Assembly: GCA_016203395.1 (NCBI GenBank)
Contig: JACQMV010000035.1
Coordinates: 415-64,414, forward strand
DNA: 64,000 nucleotides
From: Candidatus Woesearchaeota archaeon
Lineage (GTDB): Archaea > Nanobdellota > Nanobdellia > Woesearchaeales > ARS49
Direction of reading: 5' to 3'
Part shown: piece after piece, positions 49,655 to 58,950 of the stretch
Numbering within the stretch: the first letter of the stretch is position 1
How the letters are laid out: each line of letters begins with the position of its first letter
The notes under the pieces: generated by a model
Databases searched by the model: none
What the model saw: only the letters and a program-made list of their open reading frames with translations
What the model was told of the DNA's origin: nothing
Translations under genes and position numbers: made by a program

Positions 49655-50488
49655 ATGGCTGCAAGTATTAAACAACTACATCTAATTGCTAATACAATCA
49701 GGCAGGACATAATAAAAATGCTTGCTAACGCTGGTTCAGGACACAGTGCAGGACCATTAGGAATGGCAGATGTGTTCACTGCACTGTATTTTTCAGTGCT
49801 AAAACATCAGCCGAAACACCCTAACTGGGAGAATAGAGACATTCTTGTGCTGAGCAACGGTCACATATGCCCTGTATTGTATGCGACCTTATCACATGCA
49901 GGTTACTTTCCGAAAGAAATGCTGATGACACTAAGAAAACTCGGTTCATCACTCCAAGGACACCCACACAGAGGAACATTGCCAGGAATAGAAACAACAT
50001 CCGGACCTTTAGGAAGCGGTCTATCACAAGGAATAGGAATGGCTCTCGCACTAAAAATAGACAAAAGAAAAAACAGAGTGTTTGTGCTGACAAGCGATGG
50101 AGAACATGAGGAAGGAAATACGTGGGAAGCAATCATGCTTGCACCAAAATACAAACTAACAAATCTAACAGTGCTTGTTGACAGAAACTACATACAAATA
50201 GATGGAAACACAGAAGACATATGCCCTCTGGAATCACTAAAAAAGAAATACGAAGCATTCAACTGGCTGGCTGAAGAAATAAACGGAAATGACCCCGGTG
50301 CAATTATAAAAGCATGCAACAAAAAGAACACAAAGCCAACAGCAATAATCTGCAAAACCACTCCTGGAAAAGGCGTAAGCTTCATGGAAGGAAAATACGA
50401 ATGGCATGGAAAACCACCAAAACCAGAAGAAGCACAAAAAGCCCTGAAAGAACTCCAGATGCAAAGGAGGAAGCTAGAGAATGACTGA
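49655..50488 (+). CDS. Transketolase, N-terminal (TPP-binding) subunit
   Basis: GSGH, LSNGH, LQGHP, SGPLGSG, SDGE--EG--WEA, GKGVSFME---WHG; TTTAAATA at 49625. Confidence 0.95.
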   Translation: MAASIKQLHLIANTIRQDIIKMLANAGSGHSAGPLGMADVFTALYFSVLKHQPKHPNWENRDILVLSNGHICPVLYATLSHAGYFPKEMLMTLRKLGSSLQGHPHRGTLPGIETTSGPLGSGLSQGIGMALALKIDKRKNRVFVLTSDGEHEEGNTWEAIMLAPKYKLTNLTVLVDRNYIQIDGNTEDICPLESLKKKYEAFNWLAEEINGNDPGAIIKACNKKNTKPTAIICKTTPGKGVSFMEGKYEWHGKPPKPEEAQKALKELQMQRRKLEND

Positions 50489-51719
50489 ACTCCCGACAAG
50501 AGACGGATATGGCAAAGGACTGCTAAAATTAGGAGCAAAAAACAAAAACATAGTAGTCCTGACAGCAGACCTAGCAGAATCAACAAGAGCCCACTGGTTT
50601 CAAGAAAAATATCCTGAAAGATTCTTTGACGTTGGTGTAGCAGAACAAAACATGATAACAATCGCAGCAGGAATGGCAGCAATGGGAAAAATACCCTACG
50701 CATCAAGCTATGCTACATTCTCACCGGGAAGAAACTGGGAACAAATAAGAACAACAATATGCTACAATAACGTTCCTGTAAAAATCGCAGGATGCCACGC
50801 AGGTGTATCAGTAGGACCAGATGGCGCAACACACCAAGCAACAGAAGACATCGCAATGATGCGAGCACTGCCAAACATGACAGTAATAGTGCCGTGCGAT
50901 GCGATAGAAGCAGAAAAAGCAACAATAGCAGCAGAAAAAACAGGACCAACATATCTACGTTTTGGAAGAGAAAAAACACCTTTGATAACAAACAACAAAA
51001 CACCCTTTACAATAGGAAAATCACTCACAATGAAGGAGGGCAATGATGTAGCAATAATAGCATGCGGTATAGTAGTGTGCGAGGCAATAAAAGCAGCTGA
51101 AGCACTACAAAAAAGCAATATTAATGCGATGGTAATCAACAGCCCGAGCATAAAACCATTAGATAAAAAAACAATACTTAAAGCTGCAAAAAACGCAGGA
51201 GCAATAGTGACTGTAGAAGAACACCAAATCATCGGCGGCTTAGGCAGTGCAGTTGCTGAATTCCTGTCAGAAAACTATACAGTTCCAATAATACGAGTAG
51301 GAATAAATGACAGGTTTGGAGAATCAGGAAAGCCAGAAGAACTAATGGCAAAATACGGACTCAATGCAATACACATTGAAAAAGCAGCAGCAAAAGCAAT
51401 AATGACAAAAGCCAGAACACAAGAACTAAGCACAGAATACAGAAACATACTCTCACAAGTACAACCAGAACATGCATTCCACTTCAAAACAGGACAAGTT
51501 GCAAGAAGCATACCTGAAATGGCAGAAACACTTGAAAAAATCCCTCAGGAAGAATTCAGCCACCATGTGAACGAACACAAAAATGACATCTGCCAATGGG
51601 TAAAAGACATATACGACGACGAAATACTTACGCATTTATTAACTGTGCACACAACAAAAGAGGAAATGACCGAAATCCTTAAAATGCGAGTAGCATTTTT
51701 ACAGAGAAAAGTATGGTAA
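50481..51719 (+). CDS. Transketolase, C-terminal subunit, with an extra C-terminal domain (DUF5752-like)
   Basis: TRDGYG, ADL, GVAEQNM, GPDGATHQ, YLRFGR, EEHQ; extension PEHAFHF--G...FSHHV---KND---WV. Confidence 0.92.
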   Translation: MTELPTRDGYGKGLLKLGAKNKNIVVLTADLAESTRAHWFQEKYPERFFDVGVAEQNMITIAAGMAAMGKIPYASSYATFSPGRNWEQIRTTICYNNVPVKIAGCHAGVSVGPDGATHQATEDIAMMRALPNMTVIVPCDAIEAEKATIAAEKTGPTYLRFGREKTPLITNNKTPFTIGKSLTMKEGNDVAIIACGIVVCEAIKAAEALQKSNINAMVINSPSIKPLDKKTILKAAKNAGAIVTVEEHQIIGGLGSAVAEFLSENYTVPIIRVGINDRFGESGKPEELMAKYGLNAIHIEKAAAKAIMTKARTQELSTEYRNILSQVQPEHAFHFKTGQVARSIPEMAETLEKIPQEEFSHHVNEHKNDICQWVKDIYDDEILTHLLTVHTTKEEMTEILKMRVAFLQRKVW

Positions 51720-52699
51720 ACATAATATTTACAGAAGTAGAGGACTGGGCAAAAGAATACATAAAAAACAAGCTAGCCACTCACACAATAGAATTTATTG
51801 ACGGAATACTAACAGAAAAGAACGCAACAAAAGCAAAAAATGCAGAAATCCTCGCCCCATTCGTGGGAAGCACAATAAACGAGAAAGTAATAACTGCTAT
51901 ACCTCAACTAAGACTAATTGCAACACAAAGCACTGGCTTTGACCACATAGATGTAAAAGAAGCACAAAGAAAAGGAATAACAGTAAGCAACGTTCCTGCA
52001 TACGGCGACAACACAGTAGCACAGCACGCATGGGCACTTGTGCTATGCATAAGCAAAAAAATAATTGAAGGAGTGCAAAGCACGAAAAAAGGCAACTTCA
52101 ATCCAGTGCCTTACAGAGGTTTTGACCTTAAGAACAAAACAATAGGCGTGATAGGAACAGGCAGAATAGGCATTTCACTCATAAGACAAGCAAAGGGCTT
52201 TGACATGAATGTGCTCGCTTATGACGTGTTCAAAAACGAAAAAGCAAGCCAGGAACTCGGATTTCCATATGTAGAACTTGACGAACTCTTTACAAAATCA
52301 GACATAATAAGCATTCATGTGCCATTACTGCCAACAACAAAACACCTGATAAACAAAGAAACACTGAAAAAACTAAAACAAGGAGTAGTCATAATAAACA
52401 CTTCCAGAGGAGGAATAATACAAACAAGCGCACTGATAGAAGGAATAAAACAAGGAATAATCGGAGCAGCAGGACTTGATGTACTTGAAATAGAACACGA
52501 AATCAAAAACCACAAAATACCAAAAACCGGAAGCGAATTAATAAACGAAATAAACGAACTACTAACATTACCAAATGTGTATGTAACCCCACACAATGCA
52601 TACAACACAAAAGAAGCAATACTCAGAATAATAGACACAACAATAGACAACATAAACGCATTTCTAGCAGGAAAAACACAAAACAGTGTGAAAGGATAG
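51713..52699 (+). CDS. D-isomer-specific 2-hydroxyacid dehydrogenase (D-lactate dehydrogenase-like)
   Basis: STGFDHID, NVPAYG, GVIGTGRIG, HVPL, INTSRG, LDV, TPHNAY. Confidence 0.92.
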   Translation: MVNIIFTEVEDWAKEYIKNKLATHTIEFIDGILTEKNATKAKNAEILAPFVGSTINEKVITAIPQLRLIATQSTGFDHIDVKEAQRKGITVSNVPAYGDNTVAQHAWALVLCISKKIIEGVQSTKKGNFNPVPYRGFDLKNKTIGVIGTGRIGISLIRQAKGFDMNVLAYDVFKNEKASQELGFPYVELDELFTKSDIISIHVPLLPTTKHLINKETLKKLKQGVVIINTSRGGIIQTSALIEGIKQGIIGAAGLDVLEIEHEIKNHKIPKTGSELINEINELLTLPNVYVTPHNAYNTKEAILRIIDTTIDNINAFLAGKTQNSVKG

Positions 52700-52728
52700 C
52701 TAAGCTTTCAACTCAAACATTTTGAATT

Positions 52729-53889
52729 CTAAAACAAGCGTCGCCTAATGAACAGAACGAAAGCCCCGAGAACCAGAACAATCCCTGCAAAGATACCAAA
52801 TAAAGAACTCCTCGGAAACGTATTAACAAGCCATCCCATAAGCCAAGGATTGAAAACAAACAAGATACTAAGCACCGTCTGCCTTCCTGACAATACAGAT
52901 GCGCGTAATCTGGAAGGAATATGCTTGTGTATCGCATCCCCATCAACATACACCCAAAGCTGATGAATTAACAAGAGAACATAAGAAAAAATAATAACAA
53001 AAAACAAAGAATCAGAGCCCAAAAACAGCCATGAGGATGCTTCAAGAATAACAATGAATGCAAACAAAGAAAAATGAGAAAACCGCTTTAACAACAAAGG
53101 CAAAAACAAGCCGCCAATGGCTGAAAAAAGAATCTTAAACGAACTATACAATCCGAGCATGACAACTGGCAGAGAAAGACCTACAAGAATCGGCTGACTG
53201 GCATTATACCATGCTTCTTCAAAAAAGAATAAAGGAACATACAGCAAGAGCAATGATTTAATCACCGGAGTGGAAAAAACAAGCAAAACCCCCTCTTTGA
53301 AATGACTGAAAAGCCCTGCTCTTCCTGACGAATATTTTGGTTCTTTAAGAAACAACAAAGACAAAAAACCCAGAACAGCCGAGATTATAGTTAGCCAGTA
53401 TGGAAGAACCGCGCTTGTTTTATAAAAAACAGAACCAAGAGCAACAGAAACAACACTGCCAATAGCACCAACAGCATCAAGACGACCAAGAATCACAGAA
53501 TTCAACTTATGAGACTTAACAGATTTCAGCAAATCAAAAATCAGCGCTTCTCTTGCGCCGGAAGTAAATGCCCATGATGCGCCATTAAGCAGCGCAGACA
53601 CAAAAAAACCAGTGACAGAAAAAGAATAAATCTCAACAAGAAAAGACAAAACAGAAAAGGCAATTGCTATCAGCAGACTATTCTTTCTTCCATACCTGTC
53701 AGCAAAAATGCCAGAAGGATACTCTAAAAGCACAGAAGCAATATACGTTCCAGTAGAAACAAACCCTATGTCTACAAGAGTGAGCCCTCTTGACTGAAAA
53801 AATAAAATCCAGATAGGCAGAACAAACATAGAACGCATAAAAAACTCAGTGAGATACAAAGGAAGAAGTGTTTTCCAAAGCATAACCAA
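52729..53889 (-). CDS. Major facilitator superfamily transporter
   Basis: About 12 hydrophobic helices; motif A EYPSGIFADRYGRK; SGA-EAL-FD. Confidence 0.88.
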   Translation of the reverse strand: MVMLWKTLLPLYLTEFFMRSMFVLPIWILFFQSRGLTLVDIGFVSTGTYIASVLLEYPSGIFADRYGRKNSLLIAIAFSVLSFLVEIYSFSVTGFFVSALLNGASWAFTSGAREALIFDLLKSVKSHKLNSVILGRLDAVGAIGSVVSVALGSVFYKTSAVLPYWLTIISAVLGFLSLLFLKEPKYSSGRAGLFSHFKEGVLLVFSTPVIKSLLLLYVPLFFFEEAWYNASQPILVGLSLPVVMLGLYSSFKILFSAIGGLFLPLLLKRFSHFSLFAFIVILEASSWLFLGSDSLFFVIIFSYVLLLIHQLWVYVDGDAIHKHIPSRLRASVLSGRQTVLSILFVFNPWLMGWLVNTFPRSSLFGIFAGIVLVLGAFVLFIRRRLF

Positions 53890-53946
53890 ATACTCGCATG
53901 CTATTATAAGAATGTTTCACTTTCTTTCTGCTACGGGCTTACATTT

Positions 53947-54597
53947 TTAAGAACTTTCAATGAAGCTCTGCAGGGCCTGATAGCCCTTTGTAGCATCCTT
54001 CTTACTTATAACCAACATTACCTCGTAGAATGCAGACACTATCTCAATCAGAGAAATATTCATTATTGCAAGCTGCTTAAGAATTGAGTAAGTCAACCCG
54101 GGAACATGCTGATAGTCTCTCATAAACCTAACAACAATTGCAACAAGCCCTCTTTCAAAATTAAGAAGTTTTTCATCATGCAAAATCTCAAGAACCTGCT
54201 TCTCATACCTCTCATTAATCAGAATCCTGATTTCATTGTTAGCATGCATTATGTTTAAAGTATCCCCGCTATTAATATCCACCAAAGATTCTATCCTGCT
54301 AAGCTTTGGCAGAATTTCTGTATTTTTTCTCACGATAATATTGCATAACCCATTCTTCATAACAAGCTCTGAATCATGCAAAGAAGGAATACTAACACTG
54401 CCAAGCTTTTGCTGCTCCATTCTGCGCAAAGCCATAGCAATAGTTGTTGACTTAATCTTCCTTCCTAATTCCTTCTCAACTTCAGACTGCAGTGCCTCGC
54501 TAAGATTTCCATAATGAATAAACCCTTTGTTTAGATACTCCCCTAATAAAAGCCGCTCTTCAACCAAATGCCTCACAGAGTCAGCAATTGAAACCAT
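53947..54597 (-). CDS. Archaeal HTH + ACT-domain protein (paralog of 47518-48156)
   Basis: LNKGFIHYGNLSEAL...TIAMALRR; C-terminal ACT VPGL-Y-IL--LA--NIS-IEIVS. Confidence 0.8.
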   Translation of the reverse strand: MVSIADSVRHLVEERLLLGEYLNKGFIHYGNLSEALQSEVEKELGRKIKSTTIAMALRRMEQQKLGSVSIPSLHDSELVMKNGLCNIIVRKNTEILPKLSRIESLVDINSGDTLNIMHANNEIRILINERYEKQVLEILHDEKLLNFERGLVAIVVRFMRDYQHVPGLTYSILKQLAIMNISLIEIVSAFYEVMLVISKKDATKGYQALQSFIESS

Positions 54598-54655
54598 TCT
54601 AAATCTCCAATAACCCATTAAATACTACCTCCTTTATAAGCATTAGTGTAACGAT

Positions 54656-55372
54656 TCATTGCGAGACTCTCCCGCAAAAGCTTAGCTTCATCTGAACATC
54701 TGCATTCTGAATAGCATTAATCGCCTTGCTTTTGTCCTTTGCCATAGTAAATTCCCATGCAGCAAAAAATGCAGGAGCAGCAATTATTGCAGCAAAAGGA
54801 CCCAACACAAGATATTCTACAGTAGTTGCAATTCCAGTTCCTGCAAGCTGGAACGCTCTATGGACTTTTTCACCCCCAAGCTGACACGCCTTCAAAATCT
54901 CCTCGTAGTTCTTAATGATTAAATCATCAATAGTAATAACCACTGAATCAAGCTGTAAACTGCTGTTTGAAACAGGAATTACTGTCCCAGTATCATCTGT
55001 TACCCGCGCATAAGAATCACTTTGGAAGCTAAACCTTGCTTGTTCACACACAACATAAAACGGCGGCCTTAATGAATGATTGTTGATGCTGACACACCGG
55101 GAGTTCTCCTGAATAAGACGCTTTGTATTATCCATGCTTTCAGACAATTGCTTCAAGCTCAAGCTATTTATCCATGGAATTATTCCTGAAACACCACGAA
55201 TTTGCTGAACATCATCCTCGCAAGTGCCGTAAAACCCATTCTGAACTTCTATACTCTTTGAATTAGCACTGGCATCCACAATAATGAATCCCTGTCGGGG
55301 AGGAGAAGTATATGTTTCTGAAATCCTTGATTTCACTTGAGCATAATCAGGAAAGTAAACCATGCTATTCAA
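54656..55372 (-). CDS. Hypothetical protein with C-terminal hydrophobic segment(s)
   Basis: TTG start overlapping the upstream stop, GAGG SD-like; LAGTGIATTVEYLVLGPFAAIIAAPAFFAAW. Confidence 0.65.
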   Translation of the reverse strand: MNSMVYFPDYAQVKSRISETYTSPPRQGFIIVDASANSKSIEVQNGFYGTCEDDVQQIRGVSGIIPWINSLSLKQLSESMDNTKRLIQENSRCVSINNHSLRPPFYVVCEQARFSFQSDSYARVTDDTGTVIPVSNSSLQLDSVVITIDDLIIKNYEEILKACQLGGEKVHRAFQLAGTGIATTVEYLVLGPFAAIIAAPAFFAAWEFTMAKDKSKAINAIQNADVQMKLSFCGRVSQ

Positions 55373-56733
55373 CCATCCTCTTTAATCCCTTCAAATGGCG
55401 ATACCGCATCATACAACGATTTAGATACTTTTGAAAGCACTACAAATTCATCCCTGAGCTGATTTCTTCTAAAAAACTGCAAAGGATTTTTTAACTTTCT
55501 CCTTGTTTTTTCTTTTTCACTATCAACCTGAGTGTAAAGACCTCGCAGACTTTTCAATACAGAATACCACATGCAATTAACAACAACTGCGTTTATTTTT
55601 AACGTTTTCTCTGAAAAATTACGAAACTCCGATCCAATAATTGCAGCTTCTGACTCGTCACAAAACGCATCACCGCAATACTTGGCTATTCTCATGCCAA
55701 TAGAATGAAATTGCATTGCTGCATCATCAATATCCTGCAACCGGTTCTTATTATGGACAGTTTGCTCTTTTATAATCCCCTGCAAGTTCTGAATCTCAAT
55801 TTCTTTCTGCCTCATTGGCTGATGAAATGAAGTTTCAAGATCGCTTCGCATTCCAGACAATTCATCGTGTGCTTTAGCAAGGTGTCTTTTAGTAATAGCA
55901 TATTCTTCTTTTGCATCTGAAAGAGCAGCTTTCGTTGTAGACAATTCCCTGGCTGTTGATCCCAATTGAGCAAGTGTTTGAGCCAGCTCTTTTTCAGTGG
56001 CTAATTTCTTTTTTTCTTTTTTATCCAGTTCTGAAACAACAGCCAACAGCACTGCATCTCTTTCATTATACTCATTTTCTATTCTTTTTAACTCATGAAA
56101 ACGAGCATGATGTTCATTACGTATTCTTTCAAGATCAGATAAGGTTGTTGCTATTTCTTTTCTTGTTCCTTGTAAAATTAATGATGTTTCATCATACTCT
56201 TTTTTTGCAAGAGATGCCTTCACCAGTTCTGAGCGAGTGTTTTCTTCTATTGCCTTATCATACATTCTACCCTGAAGACGCCCATTCAGATACGGTATGT
56301 ACATCTCCATCCATTGTTGCAACAGCTGAGGATTTTCGTACGGTTCTTTCGGAGAAGGCGTGTTTCCATTATAACGATATGCGACTTCAGCAGCAACCAT
56401 TAGTGCACCAACATCAATAACCTGCTGCGCACTTATTTCAGGATCCTGAAACAACGTTCTAATCTTCATTATTGATTCTGCATCTGTCAAACAATTCAAA
56501 TACCCGTCTATAATGAATAACTTATTCAAATCTATCCAGCCGTTAAAATATGCATGAGCAAGAATCTCAGTATTTGTCAAGAGTTTTCTCAAAGCAACTA
56601 TAAGCATTTCCTGAGCAGGCGAAATAGTGCCGAAATAATCCTCATTTAAGCCAAGCACAGCCTCTTTAGGCGCAAACCTTTCTGCAAACTCCTCTAAAGA
56701 TGGGGATTTGACTTTTTCATTCTTACCCCCCAT
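55369..56733 (-). CDS. Long coiled-coil protein
   Basis: Central ~170 aa of heptad repeats (e.g. EKELAQTLAQLGSTARELSTTKAALSDAKEEY); GGAG SD. Confidence 0.75.
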   Translation of the reverse strand: MGGKNEKVKSPSLEEFAERFAPKEAVLGLNEDYFGTISPAQEMLIVALRKLLTNTEILAHAYFNGWIDLNKLFIIDGYLNCLTDAESIMKIRTLFQDPEISAQQVIDVGALMVAAEVAYRYNGNTPSPKEPYENPQLLQQWMEMYIPYLNGRLQGRMYDKAIEENTRSELVKASLAKKEYDETSLILQGTRKEIATTLSDLERIRNEHHARFHELKRIENEYNERDAVLLAVVSELDKKEKKKLATEKELAQTLAQLGSTARELSTTKAALSDAKEEYAITKRHLAKAHDELSGMRSDLETSFHQPMRQKEIEIQNLQGIIKEQTVHNKNRLQDIDDAAMQFHSIGMRIAKYCGDAFCDESEAAIIGSEFRNFSEKTLKINAVVVNCMWYSVLKSLRGLYTQVDSEKEKTRRKLKNPLQFFRRNQLRDEFVVLSKVSKSLYDAVSPFEGIKEDG

Positions 56734-56734
56734 T

Positions 56735-58030
56735 TTAGTATTCTCCTTCTACAATTCCTCTTGCAGAATAATACAGCTGCATTATTTTCACTCTATGCGG
56801 CTCAGCGCTTAAAAGCCCTTTCAGCCGGTTGACAATAAGCACAGCAGCAATTCTGTTAGGGATTGTCAATGAGGGCCCAAAACAATTATCTTCATTTTTA
56901 GGAGGTGCTGGCTCTTTAGTAGAGAGATCCTGCTCATCAATGCGCGGAGTATCTGAAGGAAGATAGTTATTAACAATACAAGAACTCCCATCAGAAGATG
57001 AGCCACCATTAATCAAAGGAATTGCATGCTTTTCAGCAAGATCCTGCATTATTAAACGCGTAGGATTGTTATCCACACAGCTGAGCAAAACATCTACTTT
57101 GTGCCCATGAAGATAGCTATCCCAAGACAAATCAAACCGTGAATTATGCGAAACATACCTTCCTTTTCTATTCACCCTCTTCATCTTATCAGCCAACGTT
57201 TGCGCCTTGTACGTCTTGGGCGAATTATAATACCATATCTGGTTCCCTAAATTTCCTAGTTCTACCAAATCAAAGTCAACAATAGCCAAGTTCTGAACTC
57301 CAGTGCATGCGCAAAGCCGCCCAACATTACTGCCAATGGCTCCTGCACCTACCATCAAAACAGGAATATCTATTGTTTCACTGTTTTCACGAATCCCTCC
57401 ATAATAAAACCTGCGCAACTGTGCATCATACTTTAACGGCATAACCATCTTACGAATCTCTTCCATTATCAAAGAAGAAACAAGAGAAGCATTCAGAAAA
57501 CCAGATGGTTTTCTAGCATAATCCTTTGCATGAAAACCAAGAACGTCATCCAGATTATCCTCCTCAAATGCAAAATTCGTTACAACCAAACAATTATTTG
57601 TAGAAGCCCCAGAGATGACACGAACGGCTTTGCTTTTCGCATACTGCACGCATGCAGTTTTACTTCTCAAATCATTCGTCATATCCACAATCAAGTCCAC
57701 CTTATCAGAAAAAAACGAACCAGTATCTGCGTCTGACATGACCTTTTTGCCAATCGGCTCTATGACAACATCAGAATTCATTTGAGCACATAGCCAACTA
57801 AGATGCTCAACCCGTTTACTGCTTTTATTGCAGTTCTCAACAAACCATTCAGAACCATCCATCTCTTCTTCTCCAATCATTACAATTCGGGTATAACCCA
57901 TTTCTGCTAAACCAATCGCGAGCTCGCACCCGGCATTATTTGCTCCTACAATTACAATGCCAGCATCAGCTATTTTTCCCTGATCCCAACCTCGCAATTT
58001 TGCCTGCCGCGAATACCTCTCCTGCACCAT
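56735..58030 (-). CDS. E1-like enzyme with two tandem ThiF/MoeB adenylation domains
   Basis: Domain 1 RYSRQ...IVGANNAG (degenerate); domain 2 VGAGAIG, DFDLVELGNLGNQ, KA--LA, SCVDN--TR, INGG; candidate catalytic Cys in NEDNCFGPS. Confidence 0.85.
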   Translation of the reverse strand: MVQERYSRQAKLRGWDQGKIADAGIVIVGANNAGCELAIGLAEMGYTRIVMIGEEEMDGSEWFVENCNKSSKRVEHLSWLCAQMNSDVVIEPIGKKVMSDADTGSFFSDKVDLIVDMTNDLRSKTACVQYAKSKAVRVISGASTNNCLVVTNFAFEEDNLDDVLGFHAKDYARKPSGFLNASLVSSLIMEEIRKMVMPLKYDAQLRRFYYGGIRENSETIDIPVLMVGAGAIGSNVGRLCACTGVQNLAIVDFDLVELGNLGNQIWYYNSPKTYKAQTLADKMKRVNRKGRYVSHNSRFDLSWDSYLHGHKVDVLLSCVDNNPTRLIMQDLAEKHAIPLINGGSSSDGSSCIVNNYLPSDTPRIDEQDLSTKEPAPPKNEDNCFGPSLTIPNRIAAVLIVNRLKGLLSAEPHRVKIMQLYYSARGIVEGEY

Positions 58031-58032
58031 GT

Positions 58033-58950
58033 TCAGACCCCCCCGTTCAGACGAACTCTTTCAGAGATTTCCCTCTCAATAAGCGCAGTCATTTCCTTTT
58101 GATTAATATCTGAACCACTATCATCTTTAATCAGGTCCATACCTACTTTACCTGTTGCTTTGATTGGCCTAGCTAAGCCAGGATACCATAAAAAATACGT
58201 TGCCTCAACATAATTCTCGCCTTTAGAATTTACAACAAGGGAATGCGCAATACCCTCTGAATACAGAACCTCCTCCTCAAGCCGCCCAACACTAACACCG
58301 CAATGCTCTAAATCAGTTTTAACAAAAACTATCGCTCCATCCACAGGAACCTTCCAATATGACTTTTCAAAAGGAAAAGCCAGCTGCCCTACAAATGCCT
58401 GTGCTTTTTTGTTCGGCACTATTGTTACAATGCCGCTTTTGGATCTAACCTGATAACCTATCTTATGAGATGTATCAATAACTATTGTGTAATCTTCACT
58501 TTTAGGATTGTATTCCACAGAAACAGAATAAGGCCGGTTTGAAACAGTATACCCATCATGCATTGTTACGCATACATCTCTTTTTGTGTTTGAAGCAAGA
58601 TAAACTGCTGATTTTTCAAGCTCGCCATCATCAATTGGAGAATGATGCGCTTCAATAGCAGAACCATGACTGTGCCACAAGCCAACGCACTTAAGCTTTT
58701 TATTGTCTATTTCATCCATTGTTCGCGCCAAACCATCAGCAGTTATGTGCGCATGATCTGCAGTAACTATTTGTTCGTAAGCAAGCATAACCTCTTTTGC
58801 AATGCCATCATTGTTGTTTTCAGGAGCTGTCAAAAGACCAATGCACTCGGTAGATGACTTAAAACGCTCGCAAACCTTAAACGCGTATAATACCGCTTTA
58901 CGATACGCGTGTTCTGTTATCCTGAGTGATTTTGGTTTGTTCATTTTCAT
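58033..58950 (-). CDS. JAB/MPN+ (JAMM) metalloprotease
   Basis: TECIGLL catalytic Glu; VGLWHSHG...HHSPID JAMM motif; C-terminal part of the domain is split by a beta-rich insertion. Confidence 0.85.
   Translation of the reverse strand: MKMNKPKSLRITEHAYRKAVLYAFKVCERFKSSTECIGLLTAPENNNDGIAKEVMLAYEQIVTADHAHITADGLARTMDEIDNKKLKCVGLWHSHGSAIEAHHSPIDDGELEKSAVYLASNTKRDVCVTMHDGYTVSNRPYSVSVEYNPKSEDYTIVIDTSHKIGYQVRSKSGIVTIVPNKKAQAFVGQLAFPFEKSYWKVPVDGAIVFVKTDLEHCGVSVGRLEEEVLYSEGIAHSLVVNSKGENYVEATYFLWYPGLARPIKATGKVGMDLIKDDSGSDINQKEMTALIEREISERVRLNGGV

Noticed and set aside
9554-53000. Numerous 60-170 aa ORFs antisense to well-supported genes (F/L/S/C-rich)
   Set aside because: Expected by-product of A-rich coding strands; they overlap genes with clear family motifs
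56735-58030. ThiF protein as a thiamine/molybdopterin/tRNA-thiolation enzyme
   Set aside because: Tandem domains, no Zn CxxC pairs or rhodanese, no ThiS/MoaD-type GG protein or pathway genes; the context is a JAB protease
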